Below are positions 8,904 through 19,811 of a DNA stretch of 64,000 bases, piece by piece. The notes under the pieces were generated by a model. The model was not told the DNA's origin and did not search any database. It saw only the letters and a list, made by a program, of their open reading frames with translations. Source of the stretch: Geopsychrobacteraceae bacterium (GTDB taxonomy: Bacteria > Desulfobacterota > Desulfuromonadia > Desulfuromonadales > Geopsychrobacteraceae); assembly GCA_963662315.1 (NCBI GenBank), contig OY759353.1:4000001-4064000 (forward strand). Reading direction: 5' to 3'. A program made the translations under genes and the position numbers. Each line of letters opens with the position of its first letter. Position 1 is the stretch's first letter.

Positions 8904-10103
8904 TTATTCGTCTAGCGTCTTGATTACCTCGCGTAACACACTCGTAGCATAACTGCCTTTTGGCAGGGAGAACTCTAATGTAAGTGTTTCCGCTTCCGTT
9001 GTTGAGAGCCGTGCATCAAGGAGTGGAACACGCAATGGACGACGCTCACCGGGCATCGTCAGGCCACCGTCCAGTTGCCAGTTTTGCAGCGTGACGCCGC
9101 ACTCCTGCAGGCACAACTGTTCTCGTTGACCCGGAGCGCCTTCAGCCAACAAGACCTTGGTCCCGAACAGAGGAGCCGTAGGGCTGATTTCGAAGCGGTC
9201 ACAGCGTGGTTGTTCTGCCTCAGCATCCGTAACACGAAAACAGGCACCGTTGAGGTGCTTAAAGGCAATATCTCCCACTTCAATGGTGGTGAGGGTCGTC
9301 AGTCTGTGAGAGACGAACTGATCAAAAATCCTTGATTGAGCCGCTGACAAAAACAGTCGCAATAAAGATTTGGGCAGGCCGTGAACTGCCTGTTTAAATG
9401 ATTTATGGTTAACCAGAGCCTTTAGTAGACGATGTTCATCACGCATACGGCGTGGCAGATGCTCAAGGGCCTGGGCCCAGTTTGCCTGTTGATATGCCGT
9501 TGCCGCCAGTTTCCAATCGGCATTTCTGATTGCTGCCGGATCACCCATCAATTCTGCACAGAATAATTCGTAATCCCCTCGCAGCAGTAGCAAGCCTAGT
9601 TGACCTGAATTACCAAGGACGCCGTAGCGCTGTTCGCCAAACAAGTTGGGAACACCCTGGCTTTGCAACTGCTCAAGAATCGGTGTCGCCCTTGACGCAG
9701 CCTCAGGGTGAACCTGTCGCAGAGTAATTTTAAACCGGTTGCCAGCCAGATGGCCGAGTCTGAGTTTGTTGGTATGCAATTGGGCGCGGACAATTCTGGC
9801 TTTATACAGTTCCAGTTTGTCAATGCTTCGCGCGTTGGTCACGGGAATAGAGATCATTTGCCTGGTTAGCGCGTTGGCATCTTTCAGCCCGGCATAGCCT
9901 ATATCCCGTTCCTTAATGTTCAATTCCTTCTGTAGTTGGTCGATGACCCCGCGGGTGGAAATGCCGGACTTTTCAATCCACAGGTAGAGGTGTTCACCAC
10001 TACCGCATGGGGCATACAAGGGAATCTCATCAACCTGAAAATCTTCCGGCGTCGTTTTGTACTGACCACCGGTGCCGGGCAGCTGTTCTGTCAGCCAGTT
10101 CAT
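8904..10103 (-). CDS. truD: tRNA pseudouridine(13) synthase TruD
   Basis: PEDFQVDE, GEHLYL, YAGLKDANALTRQ, LGHLAGNRF, PNLFGEQRYG, FSLPKGSYATSVLRE. Confidence 0.96.
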   Translation of the reverse strand: MNWLTEQLPGTGGQYKTTPEDFQVDEIPLYAPCGSGEHLYLWIEKSGISTRGVIDQLQKELNIKERDIGYAGLKDANALTRQMISIPVTNARSIDKLELYKARIVRAQLHTNKLRLGHLAGNRFKITLRQVHPEAASRATPILEQLQSQGVPNLFGEQRYGVLGNSGQLGLLLLRGDYELFCAELMGDPAAIRNADWKLAATAYQQANWAQALEHLPRRMRDEHRLLKALVNHKSFKQAVHGLPKSLLRLFLSAAQSRIFDQFVSHRLTTLTTIEVGDIAFKHLNGACFRVTDAEAEQPRCDRFEISPTAPLFGTKVLLAEGAPGQREQLCLQECGVTLQNWQLDGGLTMPGERRPLRVPLLDARLSTTEAETLTLEFSLPKGSYATSVLREVIKTLDE

Positions 10104-10792
10104 TCGTCGTCCCTACCAGACCAGCGCAGTCGGTACCCTTTGTTCACATCCGGGCGGGGAAGGGTCACACCGGTTTTTTTGCGGTAGCGGCACAGATAAA
10201 TAGGTTGACCAAGGTCGAGGAAGCGCTTCATGTACTTTGAAATCGGATAGCCGCTTAAATCGTGACTATAGGGTGTTTCATGACGATTCAGCAAACGCGC
10301 ATCCGCAGCCAGAAGTTCCCCGGCCGCTTGACCATAATCGGTAAAGTCGGTAGCAAAGTTCAACTGGCCGTTATCCTGTAGGCAGTAGAGGGCCAGATCA
10401 ACAAATTCAGCATTCAGAAGGCGCCGTTTGCGTTGTTTTTTCTTCGGCCATGGATCAGGACAATTGATATAAATAGCGGCCAGACTTCCGGCCGGTAGGT
10501 AATGATACATAAGGTAGCGGGCTTCCATCCTCAGCATCAGAATGTTCTGGAGTCCCGAGCTTTCAATGCGACAACAGGTCTGCCTGCATCCCTGGTTGAA
10601 GATGTCGATGGCAATGAAGTTCCATTCCGGATGCCGTTCGGCGACTTGAACGATAAAGTCCCCAATACCACAGCCAATTTCAAGGGCCAGTAGTTTGTCA
10701 TTGCCAAACAGGGCCTGAAAGCTGCCAGCCTTTTTAAGTCGTGCTTCAGGAACGAAAAACGGAGAATTGATAAGGGTCATTCTTTGTGTCAT
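10100..10792 (-). CDS. trmB: tRNA (guanine-N7)-methyltransferase
   Basis: LEIGCGIG, NCPDPWPKKKQRKRRL, FATD. Confidence 0.95.
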   Translation of the reverse strand: MTQRMTLINSPFFVPEARLKKAGSFQALFGNDKLLALEIGCGIGDFIVQVAERHPEWNFIAIDIFNQGCRQTCCRIESSGLQNILMLRMEARYLMYHYLPAGSLAAIYINCPDPWPKKKQRKRRLLNAEFVDLALYCLQDNGQLNFATDFTDYGQAAGELLAADARLLNRHETPYSHDLSGYPISKYMKRFLDLGQPIYLCRYRKKTGVTLPRPDVNKGYRLRWSGRDDE

Positions 10793-10803
10793 GATTTTGT
10801 CTT

Positions 10804-11127
10804 CTAGCGGAGTTGATACAGATAGTTACTGATAATTTCCAGGTCTTCTGTGTTGACAGATTTATAATCGGGCATATATTTCTCGCGAATGGAGGCCGGA
10901 GCGATTAATAGTGCCTGGATTCGGGCTGCGGTCATGCGACTGCCTATCTGGGTCAGATCCGGACCAAGAGCACTGCCGTCGCCTTGAATGATGTGGCACC
11001 CCTTACAACCGAGGGTATGAATCAGGTTAAGTCCTTGTGGTTCCTGGTTTGTCCCGGCGGCCGGAACTGTTACTGGAACCATAAACGTTAACAATGTGAT
11101 AAATATAATTTTTCTGATGCGTATCAT
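10804..11127 (-). CDS. Monoheme c-type cytochrome
   Basis: Signal peptide, CKGCH heme motif, GPDL, distal Met (YMP); ATG 11127 preferred over TTG 11151. Confidence 0.8.
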   Translation of the reverse strand: MIRIRKIIFITLLTFMVPVTVPAAGTNQEPQGLNLIHTLGCKGCHIIQGDGSALGPDLTQIGSRMTAARIQALLIAPASIREKYMPDYKSVNTEDLEIISNYLYQLR

Positions 11128-11282
11128 CGGTCTGTTTGGCGAGTAGGTCAATTTTTTGCAACTTTAACTGGAGATGAAAATCATTGCAATCGATTCCGTT
11201 ATCCATCCTGTGAGTAAAAAGGTTGCAATCGCCAAAATCAGAGCTTAAGCTTGGCGTAAACAATTGGAAGGACACATATTTT

Positions 11283-12434
11283 ATGCATATACCGATATCA
11301 AAAAAAGCTCGCGAAGTGAAGCCTTTCCTTGCCATGGAAGTCATGGAGAGAGCGAAAGAGCTTGAGGCTGACGGGCGGGATGTTATTTACCTGTGTATAG
11401 GTGAACCTGATTTTATGACACCACCGGCGATTTTGGCAGCAACTGGACAGGCGCTGGCGGATGGCGCAACGTCGTATACCCACTCTTTGGGCTTGCTCGA
11501 ACTCAGGCAGGAGATTTGTTATTATTACCTGAACCACTACGGGGTCGAAATTGTCCCGGAGCAGGTTGTGGTGTCCTCCGGGACCAGCCCATTGATGCTG
11601 TTGCTATTTTCAGCCCTTCTTGAACAGGGGGATGAGCTGATCCTGACTGACCCGGGCTATGCCTGTTACACTGGTTTTGTCAGTTTCTCCGGGGGACAGC
11701 CGGTGCTATTGAGAACTGATGCGGAGAACGGTTTTCAGCCACGTCCAGAGCAGGTCCGGGCGTTGATGACAGATCGCAGTCGGGCTTTATTGATCAACTC
11801 ACCCTCCAATCCGGCTGGTTCGGTATTGTCAGGTGCCGAGATGGCTGCTTTGGCAGAATTGCCGATTCCAATTATTTCCGATGAAATTTACCACGGTTTA
11901 ACCTATGAGGGCGAGGAACGCAGTATTCTGGAATTTACCAAAGATGCTTTCGTGTTGGGTGGTTTCTCCAAGGCTTATGCCATGACCGGCTGGCGGCTTG
12001 GTTACCTGATCGCGCCGATGTCATGTATGCGTACCCTGCAGTCGTTGCACCAGAACTTTATGATCTGTGCCAATCATTTTGTGCAACGGGCCGGCATCAG
12101 CGCATTACGTGAGTGTCAGGATGACGTTGCCCAAATGCGTGACGTGTATAATGAACGACGGAAAGAGATGATTGCGCGGTTGCGCCAGCTTGGTCTGGGT
12201 GTACATTTTGAGCCGAAGGGTGCGTTTTATGTACTGGCCGATGCGCGGCATATCGATCATGATTCATTGCGGCTGGCCAAAGATATTCTTGAAAACACCG
12301 GAGTTGCCGTAACTCCGGGGATCGATTTCGGCGCTGGTGCAGAAGGCTTTCTGCGTTTTTCATATACGCGTCCGGTGAACGAAATAATTATCGCTCTCGA
12401 GCGGATAGGGGCTTATCTGCAACGTCGCCAATAA
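11283..12434 (+). CDS. PLP-dependent aminotransferase class I (aspartate aminotransferase-like)
   Basis: IGEPDF, NSPSNPAG, SDEIY, GFSKAYAMTGWRLGY; ATG 11283. Confidence 0.92.
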   Translation: MHIPISKKAREVKPFLAMEVMERAKELEADGRDVIYLCIGEPDFMTPPAILAATGQALADGATSYTHSLGLLELRQEICYYYLNHYGVEIVPEQVVVSSGTSPLMLLLFSALLEQGDELILTDPGYACYTGFVSFSGGQPVLLRTDAENGFQPRPEQVRALMTDRSRALLINSPSNPAGSVLSGAEMAALAELPIPIISDEIYHGLTYEGEERSILEFTKDAFVLGGFSKAYAMTGWRLGYLIAPMSCMRTLQSLHQNFMICANHFVQRAGISALRECQDDVAQMRDVYNERRKEMIARLRQLGLGVHFEPKGAFYVLADARHIDHDSLRLAKDILENTGVAVTPGIDFGAGAEGFLRFSYTRPVNEIIIALERIGAYLQRRQ

Positions 12435-12521
12435 GGACATATTGAACCGGATGTTGAAAAGCTGCCTGCTGAGCCCATTGGTGGGTGACTACGAAGAATA
12501 CGGTAACCAAGGAGATATAAC

Positions 12522-13529
12522 ATGCTGATCGTCATGGATTCCCAGGCAACATCCCGGCAAATTGACGCGGTAATTGCTGCTGTAGAGGCGTTAGGGTTAC
12601 GAGCAGAACCGATTCCGGGGAGTTTAAGAACGGCGATCGGTGTTTTGGGGAATCAGGGCTATGTCGATGACGAGACGATCCGTAATCTGCCGGGAGTGCG
12701 TGAAACAATTCATGTCAGTAAGCCATATAAAATGGCTTCGCGTGATTTTCACCCTGATGCTTCCGTGGTCAAGGTTGCCGGGGTGGCCTTTGGCGATGGT
12801 CAGCGGCCCCTGACCATCGCAGGTCCCTGCTCCATTGAAAGTGAAGCGCAGATTATGCTCGCTGCGCAGCAGGTCAAGGAGGCTGGGGCAGGTTTGTTGC
12901 GTGGTGGAGCCTTTAAACCACGGACAGGTCCCCATTCCTTCCAGGGCATGGGGCCTGATGGTCTGCGCCTGTTGCAACAGGCTGGGCAGGCCTACAACTT
13001 ACCGGTTGTTACTGAAGTTATGCGGATTGAGCAACTGGACACGGTTTGCCGCTATGCCGACATGCTGCAGATTGGCGCACGTAACATGCAGAATTTTGAT
13101 CTGCTTAAAGAGGTTGGCCAGACTGGCCACCCGGTGCTGCTTAAGCGTGGCATGAGTGCGACTCTTGAAGAATTCCTGGCTGCTGCTGAATATATTCTGG
13201 CAGAAGGAAACCCGCATGTGGTGCTCTGTGAAAGAGGGATTCGTACCTTTGAAAAGGCAACCCGTAACACTCTTGATCTCTCCGCAGTTCCCCTGATTCG
13301 GGAACTGAGTCACCTGCCAATTATCGTTGATCCCAGTCATGCTACCGGTAAGCGCAGTCTCGTGCCGGTGATGGCTAAGGCCGCCCTGGTCTCCGGAGCG
13401 CACGGCCTGATGATTGAAGTTCATCCCGACCCGGCCCATGCTTTAAGTGATGGTGCCCAAAGTCTGTCAGGGGCAGATTTCTCGGCGCTGATGACGGAGT
13501 TAAATGCTCTTATCGATTTCCTCTACTGA
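12522..13529 (+). CDS. aroF: 3-deoxy-7-phosphoheptulonate (DAHP) synthase, type I-beta with N-terminal regulatory domain
   Basis: IAGPCSIE, RGGAFKPRT, QIGARNMQN, LKRG, CERGIRTF, DPSHATG. Confidence 0.95.
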   Translation: MLIVMDSQATSRQIDAVIAAVEALGLRAEPIPGSLRTAIGVLGNQGYVDDETIRNLPGVRETIHVSKPYKMASRDFHPDASVVKVAGVAFGDGQRPLTIAGPCSIESEAQIMLAAQQVKEAGAGLLRGGAFKPRTGPHSFQGMGPDGLRLLQQAGQAYNLPVVTEVMRIEQLDTVCRYADMLQIGARNMQNFDLLKEVGQTGHPVLLKRGMSATLEEFLAAAEYILAEGNPHVVLCERGIRTFEKATRNTLDLSAVPLIRELSHLPIIVDPSHATGKRSLVPVMAKAALVSGAHGLMIEVHPDPAHALSDGAQSLSGADFSALMTELNALIDFLY

Positions 13530-13602
13530 TTATCCCTGCCGCTTAAACCCTTACTGGATTGCTTTTTTACCTGGCTGGAGGAATTTTTCGAGAGCCTCTT
13601 TT

Positions 13603-15093
13603 TCAGGCAGACAGGAGCCTGAAAATATCTTCATCGGAGGCCGCATGGCTGAGCAGCTCGTGACAATTATCCCCTGACTCCATCAACTTTTTCAGTTTTG
13701 AGGCCAGTGTGGTGTCGCCGACCAGAATACTTCCTTTTAAGCGATCATCACGGAATACCAGCAGCCCATATTGTTCTGGTGCCATGATTTCGTAGCATTT
13801 ATAACTGGCATCAGTCGGTTGGACCAGCCCCATACTGATCATATCAACATCAAGAACTTTCAGGGTATGGCTGCGGGGGATGCCACCAAACTGGCTGTTA
13901 CCGCCAGCGGCATTCATGCCGGCAATGGTTCCCTGAAACTGGGCCGGAGCCCAGGTTCCGTAGGCAATGGACTGGTATTCGGCCAGATCACCGGCGGCGT
14001 AGATGTCGCTGCAGGAGGTTTGCAACCGGGAATCGACGACCACCCCTTCTTTAACGGAGAGTCCGGCCAGGCGGGGCAGATAGCTATTGGTCCGCACCCC
14101 GGCTGTAATGATCACCAGGTCGGCAGCGATGACCTGACCTGATTCAAGCACCACGCTGCGTAGCACTTCATCACCATCGAACTGCTTGATACGGGCGTCG
14201 GTCACCAGCTCGATCCCCAGATCCGTGGCGGATTTCTCCAGATAAGAGCTGGCTCTGGCGTTGAGCTGGCGTGGCAGTAACCGGGAAAACCCCTCAAGCA
14301 GGCTGACTCTGGCTTTCCCCCGGGCCAGGGCTGCAGCCGTTTCGAGACCGAGAACCCCGCCGCCAACAACAACGCAACGGCTCCCTGGGGCGCAGAGCCT
14401 GAGGATCTGGTCAGCATCCTTTTTGGTCCGCAGGGTCACAATATTCTGCCGATTGGCACCGGCAATCGGAGGGACAAAGGGGTGTGCCCCCATGGCCAGG
14501 ATCAGGCGGTCATAGGTAAGGGGAGCACTCCCCTTGATTTCAATCTGTTTGCGCTCCGGAGTTATGGCGGTGACTTCCGCTCCAAGGCGGATACCGATAT
14601 CATGCTCGCGGTACCAGCTTTCCGGATGGACCGGTAAAGCTTCTGCAGGGATCTCTTTAGCCAGGTAACGCGTCAAATTAAGACGGTAATAGGGGAGCTC
14701 CTCTTCACGTGTCAATAAAAGGATGGTTGCCTGAGGGGCTGTTACACGCGCCGATTCTGCCGCGGATAAACCGGCGATGCCGGCGCCGATAATCACGATA
14801 GTTCCTGTCTCAGCGTTGGTCGTTAGCTGACCGGAACTGCTTATGATCGCTTCAAAACGATCCGGACCGACGGCACAGATGGGGCAGGTCTCCGGAGGCT
14901 GGGCACCGGTGTGAATATATTCACAGTTGATGCACCGCCACTGTTCGGGGGGCGCTGGTTCGGCCTGGTCATGGGAAGCTTCCATTGCCTCAAAGTGTTT
15001 CGAGTCCGCACCACAGATCGGGCAAGATCCTGCCGGTTGGTCCCCTTCATGCACATATCCGCAAACAACGCATAACCAGCTTTTTGCTGCCAT
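13603..15093 (-). CDS. FAD/NAD(P)H oxidoreductase fused to two N-terminal rubredoxin-like domains
   Basis: WLCVVCGY...CPICG and WRCINCEY...CPICA, then IIGAGIAG, VVGGGVLGLE, IYAAGD; ATG 15093 after AAGGAG. Confidence 0.88.
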   Translation of the reverse strand: MAAKSWLCVVCGYVHEGDQPAGSCPICGADSKHFEAMEASHDQAEPAPPEQWRCINCEYIHTGAQPPETCPICAVGPDRFEAIISSSGQLTTNAETGTIVIIGAGIAGLSAAESARVTAPQATILLLTREEELPYYRLNLTRYLAKEIPAEALPVHPESWYREHDIGIRLGAEVTAITPERKQIEIKGSAPLTYDRLILAMGAHPFVPPIAGANRQNIVTLRTKKDADQILRLCAPGSRCVVVGGGVLGLETAAALARGKARVSLLEGFSRLLPRQLNARASSYLEKSATDLGIELVTDARIKQFDGDEVLRSVVLESGQVIAADLVIITAGVRTNSYLPRLAGLSVKEGVVVDSRLQTSCSDIYAAGDLAEYQSIAYGTWAPAQFQGTIAGMNAAGGNSQFGGIPRSHTLKVLDVDMISMGLVQPTDASYKCYEIMAPEQYGLLVFRDDRLKGSILVGDTTLASKLKKLMESGDNCHELLSHAASDEDIFRLLSA

Positions 15094-15312
15094 GGTTTCT
15101 CCTTTGGCCATGAATGTTAACGTGATAAACACCTACAGCATTAAATGTTGGAATAGTAACAGAGGCAAGTCTGCTGTCAAAGCAGTAACCTGTGCAGTAA
15201 CGATCCTGCGAAGAAAAATCTTATGTTGATGAGAATGATTGACGGATGCCCTTTGGTAGGTGATATGTTACAAAAGACTGCGCTTCCCAGTAGCTCGTGA
15301 AGGATTGAATTC

Positions 15313-17508
15313 GTGCCCGATCAGATCGTAGATATAGCTGTTAACGCCCCCCTGAAGCAACTTTTCTCCTATTGTATCAGCAATGAACAAGCCGCTTTGG
15401 CACAAGTTGGTATGCGGGTTAGAGTGCCGTTTGGTAGGCGTAACGCTGTTGGTTTTATCATCCGTATTCATAGTGGGGATGCGACCGGCCTGAAACCTGT
15501 CACTGCTCTACTGGATAGTGAGCTGCTGATTCCGGAAGGTTTACTTAAGCTGCTGCGCTGGGCTGCTGATTATTATCTGCATCCGCTTGGTCAGGTCATT
15601 CGTAATGCTTTGCCGGCCGGTCTAGGCAGTGAAAAACATGCACCGACGATCCTGACCGAGACGGTCTATGAGGCTCTTGCCCATGATGTTCCGTTACGTG
15701 GCAAGAAGCAGCAGGAAATATTTACTTTTATTCAAGCGCATGGAGCCGTGCTCCTCTCCCAATTGCGTGATCAGTTTCCCGATCCTCACAGCGTTGTCAA
15801 CCGCCTGGTTGAACTCGGTTGTCTCAAAGGTCAAGAGCAAGAACGGATCCGTGATCCGTTCTTGCTTCAGCAGGTTGATCCTGATGTTCCTCCGCAGCTC
15901 AACGCTGCCCAGCAGGAAGCGGTTAACCAGCTGATCAGCGTCCTTGAACTCAAACAGTTCCGTGGTTATCTGTTACATGGGGTCACCGGCAGTGGTAAAA
16001 CCGAAGTGTATTTGCATGCGGTCAGTCATTGCCTGAAATTGCAACAACAGGCCCTGATCCTGGTTCCGGAAATTTCTCTGACGCCGCAATTGGTGGCCCG
16101 CTTCCGGGCTCGTTTTGAAGCGTCCGGAATCACGATTGTTGCTCTGCACAGTGGCATGTCAGATGGTGAACGTTACGATGCCTGGCGCCGGATTGCCCGC
16201 AAACAGGTGCAGATCGTCATTGGTGCCCGCTCCGCTATTTTTGCACCACTGCAGCAATTAGGTCTGATTATCGTCGATGAAGAGCATGACAGCAGCTATA
16301 AACAGGGGGAGGGCTTCCGTTACAATGCGCGGGATCTTGCCCTGATCCGGGGACAACAGCAACAATGTCCGGTTTTGCTCGGTAGCGCGACGCCGAGCCT
16401 GGGTAGCTATTATCGCAGTCAGAATAGCGCCCTGACATTGCTGTCGTTACCAGGGCGGGTGCACGATGGTCTTTTGCCCCAGGTAAAACTGATCGATCTG
16501 AAAGAAGAAAATCCGGGAGAAGGTGCATTAGCCCCCAGTTTAATTGAAGCGCTTCAGCAGGCTCTGGAGTCGCGTGAGCAATCGTTATTGCTGCTTAACC
16601 GCCGGGGTTTTTCACCTTTTTTGCTCTGTCCTGATTGCGGTAGCAGTTTTCATTGTCCCAATTGTGATATCACCCTGACTTACCATCAGCGTGATCACCA
16701 GCTACGCTGTCATTATTGTGATTATGGCGACAAGGTTCCTGATCTCTGTCCGCACTGCCAGGGGGGGAATCTTACACCGCAAGGGGCTGGCACGGAACGC
16801 CTGGAACAGGAACTTGCTGAGTTGTTTCCGGGGGCACGTATCAGTCGGATGGATCGCGATACCACGAGCCGCAAAGGCGCTCATGATAAGATTATCCGCG
16901 GCATGATGGCTGGTGAGATTGATATCCTGGTTGGCACCCAGATGATCGCCAAAGGGCACGATTTTCCCAGGGTCACCACGGTGGGGGTGCTGGGAGCCGA
17001 CAGTGTCCTGAATTTTCCCGATTTTCGCTCGGCGGAGCGCAGTTTTTCCCTGTTGACTCAGGTTGCCGGGCGGGCAGGACGGGAAAAAGGGGGCGGGAAA
17101 GTGTATATTCAGACCTACAATCCGGAACATTATGCGCTGACCTGCGCGATTCAGCATGACTATCTGGCCTTTTACGAACAGGAGGTGCCGTTCCGCCAGG
17201 AATTGGCCTACCCGCCCTGTGGTTACCTTGCTAATCTGGTGCTGTCTGGTAATATCTGCAACCAAGTGCAGACCACAGCTGATGAACTTAGCAGATATCT
17301 GCTACAGCAGAATACGGCGGTTGAAATCCTGGGGCCCAGTCCGTGTCCGTTGCCACGTCTGCGTGGCAAGAACCGTTTTCAGTTGCTGTTGAAAGCGGCT
17401 CAGCGGCCGGCGTTACATCGCTTGTTGGCGAGTCTGGAAGGTTTCCAGAAAAGAATGCCCAAACAGGTGACATTGGCGATTGATGTTGATCCGTTGGATA
17501 TGTTGTAA
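15313..17508 (+). CDS. priA: Primosomal protein N'
   Basis: LHGVTGSGKTEVY, DEEHD, SATPS, NRRG, two Zn fingers, GTQMIAKG, QVAGRAGR. Confidence 0.97.
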   Translation: MPDQIVDIAVNAPLKQLFSYCISNEQAALAQVGMRVRVPFGRRNAVGFIIRIHSGDATGLKPVTALLDSELLIPEGLLKLLRWAADYYLHPLGQVIRNALPAGLGSEKHAPTILTETVYEALAHDVPLRGKKQQEIFTFIQAHGAVLLSQLRDQFPDPHSVVNRLVELGCLKGQEQERIRDPFLLQQVDPDVPPQLNAAQQEAVNQLISVLELKQFRGYLLHGVTGSGKTEVYLHAVSHCLKLQQQALILVPEISLTPQLVARFRARFEASGITIVALHSGMSDGERYDAWRRIARKQVQIVIGARSAIFAPLQQLGLIIVDEEHDSSYKQGEGFRYNARDLALIRGQQQQCPVLLGSATPSLGSYYRSQNSALTLLSLPGRVHDGLLPQVKLIDLKEENPGEGALAPSLIEALQQALESREQSLLLLNRRGFSPFLLCPDCGSSFHCPNCDITLTYHQRDHQLRCHYCDYGDKVPDLCPHCQGGNLTPQGAGTERLEQELAELFPGARISRMDRDTTSRKGAHDKIIRGMMAGEIDILVGTQMIAKGHDFPRVTTVGVLGADSVLNFPDFRSAERSFSLLTQVAGRAGREKGGGKVYIQTYNPEHYALTCAIQHDYLAFYEQEVPFRQELAYPPCGYLANLVLSGNICNQVQTTADELSRYLLQQNTAVEILGPSPCPLPRLRGKNRFQLLLKAAQRPALHRLLASLEGFQKRMPKQVTLAIDVDPLDML

Positions 17509-17673
17509 TCTGTTTCTGTCCGGAAACGGCCCTTGCAAGTAATCTCTGTGTTAGACTGCGCCTTTACTCTTGCGAAAAATTGCTCGTTTCCGAATCAGAA
17601 ACTGTGTGGGAGTGACTTACTGTTTTCGGCAGGAAATGGTCTTGACAATAGAGAAACATATCGGGATGGCACC

Positions 17674-18867
17674 ATGAAGAAGCTTGTTCTGACAATTTGG
17701 CTGCTGGTTTTTCTGGCGGGGTGTATCGCTAAAGGTCCGGAGCCGGTTGAGCCACCTCCGGTGCCGGTGGAGCCTTTGCTGCCAGTGTCCTGGGAGGATG
17801 TCGCGGGCTGGCAGTTTGATCGCTCGGCTGAAGCGTTGCGGACCTTTGTCGCTAGCTGTAAAGCCGTCGGGCGGCGTGATCAGTGGGAACAGGTGTGTCA
17901 GGATGCCAAGTCGATATCTCCTGTTTCTGATGAGAGGGCCAGGCAATTTTTTGAGACCCGCTTTCAGCCCTATCGGGTGGTGAATGATGATGGCAGCAGT
18001 GGCGGCTTGATCACCGGTTATTATGGACCCGAGCTGGAAGGGAGCCGGGTCCCGACCACGGAGTATCGCTACCCGGTATATCGTCAGCCGGATGATCTGT
18101 TGATCATTGATCTGTCGGAGTTATATCCGGAGTTGGGAAATTACCGGCTACGTGGGCGGATTGAAGGAAATCGGGTTGTTCCCTATTTTGACCGCAGTGA
18201 AATCGATGTGAAAGACAGCCCTCTATTCGGGCAGGAGCTGTTCTGGGTCAAGGATCCGGTCGAGCTGTTTTTTCTGCATATTCAGGGGTCGGGCCGGATC
18301 AAACTGCCTGACGGTGAGAGGGTGATGATCAATTATGCCAATCAGAACGGTCACCCTTATCGCTCTATCGGAAAACTGCTGCTGGAGCGTAACGCAATGA
18401 CGCGTGATCAGATGTCGATGCAGAATATCCGTCGCTGGGTCCAGGAAAATCCTGAGGCCGGGGAGCAGTTGCTGGCTGAAAATCCGAGCTATGTGTTTTT
18501 CCGTGAACTGTCGAGCGATTATCTGTTTCCGCCAGGCGCCTTGGGGGTTCCTCTGACACCATTACGCAGCCTGGCGGTTGATCCGCGTACAATTCCCCTG
18601 GGAGCTCCGGTATTTATCGCCACAACCTATCCGGGCACGGATTATCCCCTGCAACAGCTGATGGTTGCTCAGGATACCGGAGGTGCGATCAAGGGCCGGG
18701 TTCGGGCCGATTTTTTCTGGGGAATGGGTCCTGAAGCCGGTGCCGTGGCTGGAAAAATGAAGCAACAGGGGCAGCTGTGGGTATTGCTTCCCAAAGATGA
18801 CCAGGCAGCTCAACTCCAAAGCCAAGTGAGTGAACCAAAGAACCAAAAGCAGGGAGGAGTCAATTGA
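17674..18867 (+). CDS. mltA: Membrane-bound lytic murein transglycosylase A (lipoprotein)
   Basis: Lipobox LAGC, TGYY.P, IQGSG, NPSYVFF, AVDP, QDTGGAIKG..RADFFWG; ATG 17674. Confidence 0.93.
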   Translation: MKKLVLTIWLLVFLAGCIAKGPEPVEPPPVPVEPLLPVSWEDVAGWQFDRSAEALRTFVASCKAVGRRDQWEQVCQDAKSISPVSDERARQFFETRFQPYRVVNDDGSSGGLITGYYGPELEGSRVPTTEYRYPVYRQPDDLLIIDLSELYPELGNYRLRGRIEGNRVVPYFDRSEIDVKDSPLFGQELFWVKDPVELFFLHIQGSGRIKLPDGERVMINYANQNGHPYRSIGKLLLERNAMTRDQMSMQNIRRWVQENPEAGEQLLAENPSYVFFRELSSDYLFPPGALGVPLTPLRSLAVDPRTIPLGAPVFIATTYPGTDYPLQQLMVAQDTGGAIKGRVRADFFWGMGPEAGAVAGKMKQQGQLWVLLPKDDQAAQLQSQVSEPKNQKQGGVN

Positions 18868-19304
18868 GCGAACAACCAAAACATGTAGTTGTCGTCTGCT
18901 GCCTGATTCGCAATGAAGAAAATCAGCTGCTGTTGGTCAACCACCATATTCGTGGTTGGGAGTTACCCCAAGGGCGTGTCGAAGAGGGCGAAACCCTCAT
19001 TTTTGCCCTGAGCCGGGAAGTGCTTGAGGAAACCGGTGTAACGATCAGTCATGCAAAACTGTCAGTTATCTGGTCTAAAGTATCCAATCCTGCTGTTCTG
19101 GTTTTCTGCTTCCAGGCCCGCTATGCTTCGGGTGTCCTGACTCCCAGTGACGAAACTCCCGAAGTTGAGTGGTGCAGTCTTGATGATGCCTATCAACGGA
19201 TCTGTCACCCGGTTAACCGGGACCGTTTCAAATCAATTGTCAAACATGAAGGGGATGTTGAGTTGCGGAGTTATCAGACCGGACCGTACCGTATCCTCAA
19301 CTAG
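18864..19304 (+). CDS. NUDIX hydrolase
   Basis: Nudix box PQGRVEEGETLIFALSREVLEETG; TTG start overlaps mltA stop. Confidence 0.88.
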   Translation: MSEQPKHVVVVCCLIRNEENQLLLVNHHIRGWELPQGRVEEGETLIFALSREVLEETGVTISHAKLSVIWSKVSNPAVLVFCFQARYASGVLTPSDETPEVEWCSLDDAYQRICHPVNRDRFKSIVKHEGDVELRSYQTGPYRILN

Positions 19305-19795
19305 TTTGCAGCTAGATGTAAAGCGGCCTTTTTACAATTTCTGCACCAAACGGCTTGTGCATGCACAGGTAAAATAATTCTCGTTTCTGATCAGGAAACC
19401 GACTTTTTCCCATCGCTAACCTTACCCGTTAAGAATCTTATTGCCCACCTGAGAATCCGCGGCAAAAGTTAAAGCCTTCATGCCGAAGGCTTTGCTGTTA
19501 TAATAAATTGGTGCGCTCGGCAAACTGCGGTCCCAATGATTGCGCTGAGGAGCACTGATCTGGAGTGTTACTTATCTGCACCGGGTTAAGATTCTTTGTT
19601 GTAATAAGACTATCTTGAATATTGATCAATGTTTATTGATGCATCTAAGCGACTAAATCAAGACGTTTTATGGTCAATGCATATTGTTATTATCACCGTC
19701 TGAAAGATAAAGTTTACCTTCGGAATGGGATTTTTTTGCCATACCTGATGTTTTTACTAGGATATTTGTGTATTATAAGGACCTGTAGATGTCAC

Positions 19796-19811
19796 ATATG
19801 GTTTGCCATAT
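19796..19811. promoter_or_regulatory. Palindromic operator-like site just upstream of the aceE RBS
   Basis: ATATGG-TTTG-CCATAT, resembling FadR-subfamily GntR (PdhR-like) sites. Confidence 0.4.

Noticed and set aside
19450..19560. c-di-GMP-I/GEMM riboswitch suggested by GGCAAA words
   Set aside because: The GNRA-capped P2 stem and GCAAAGC-type P3 context could not be assembled.
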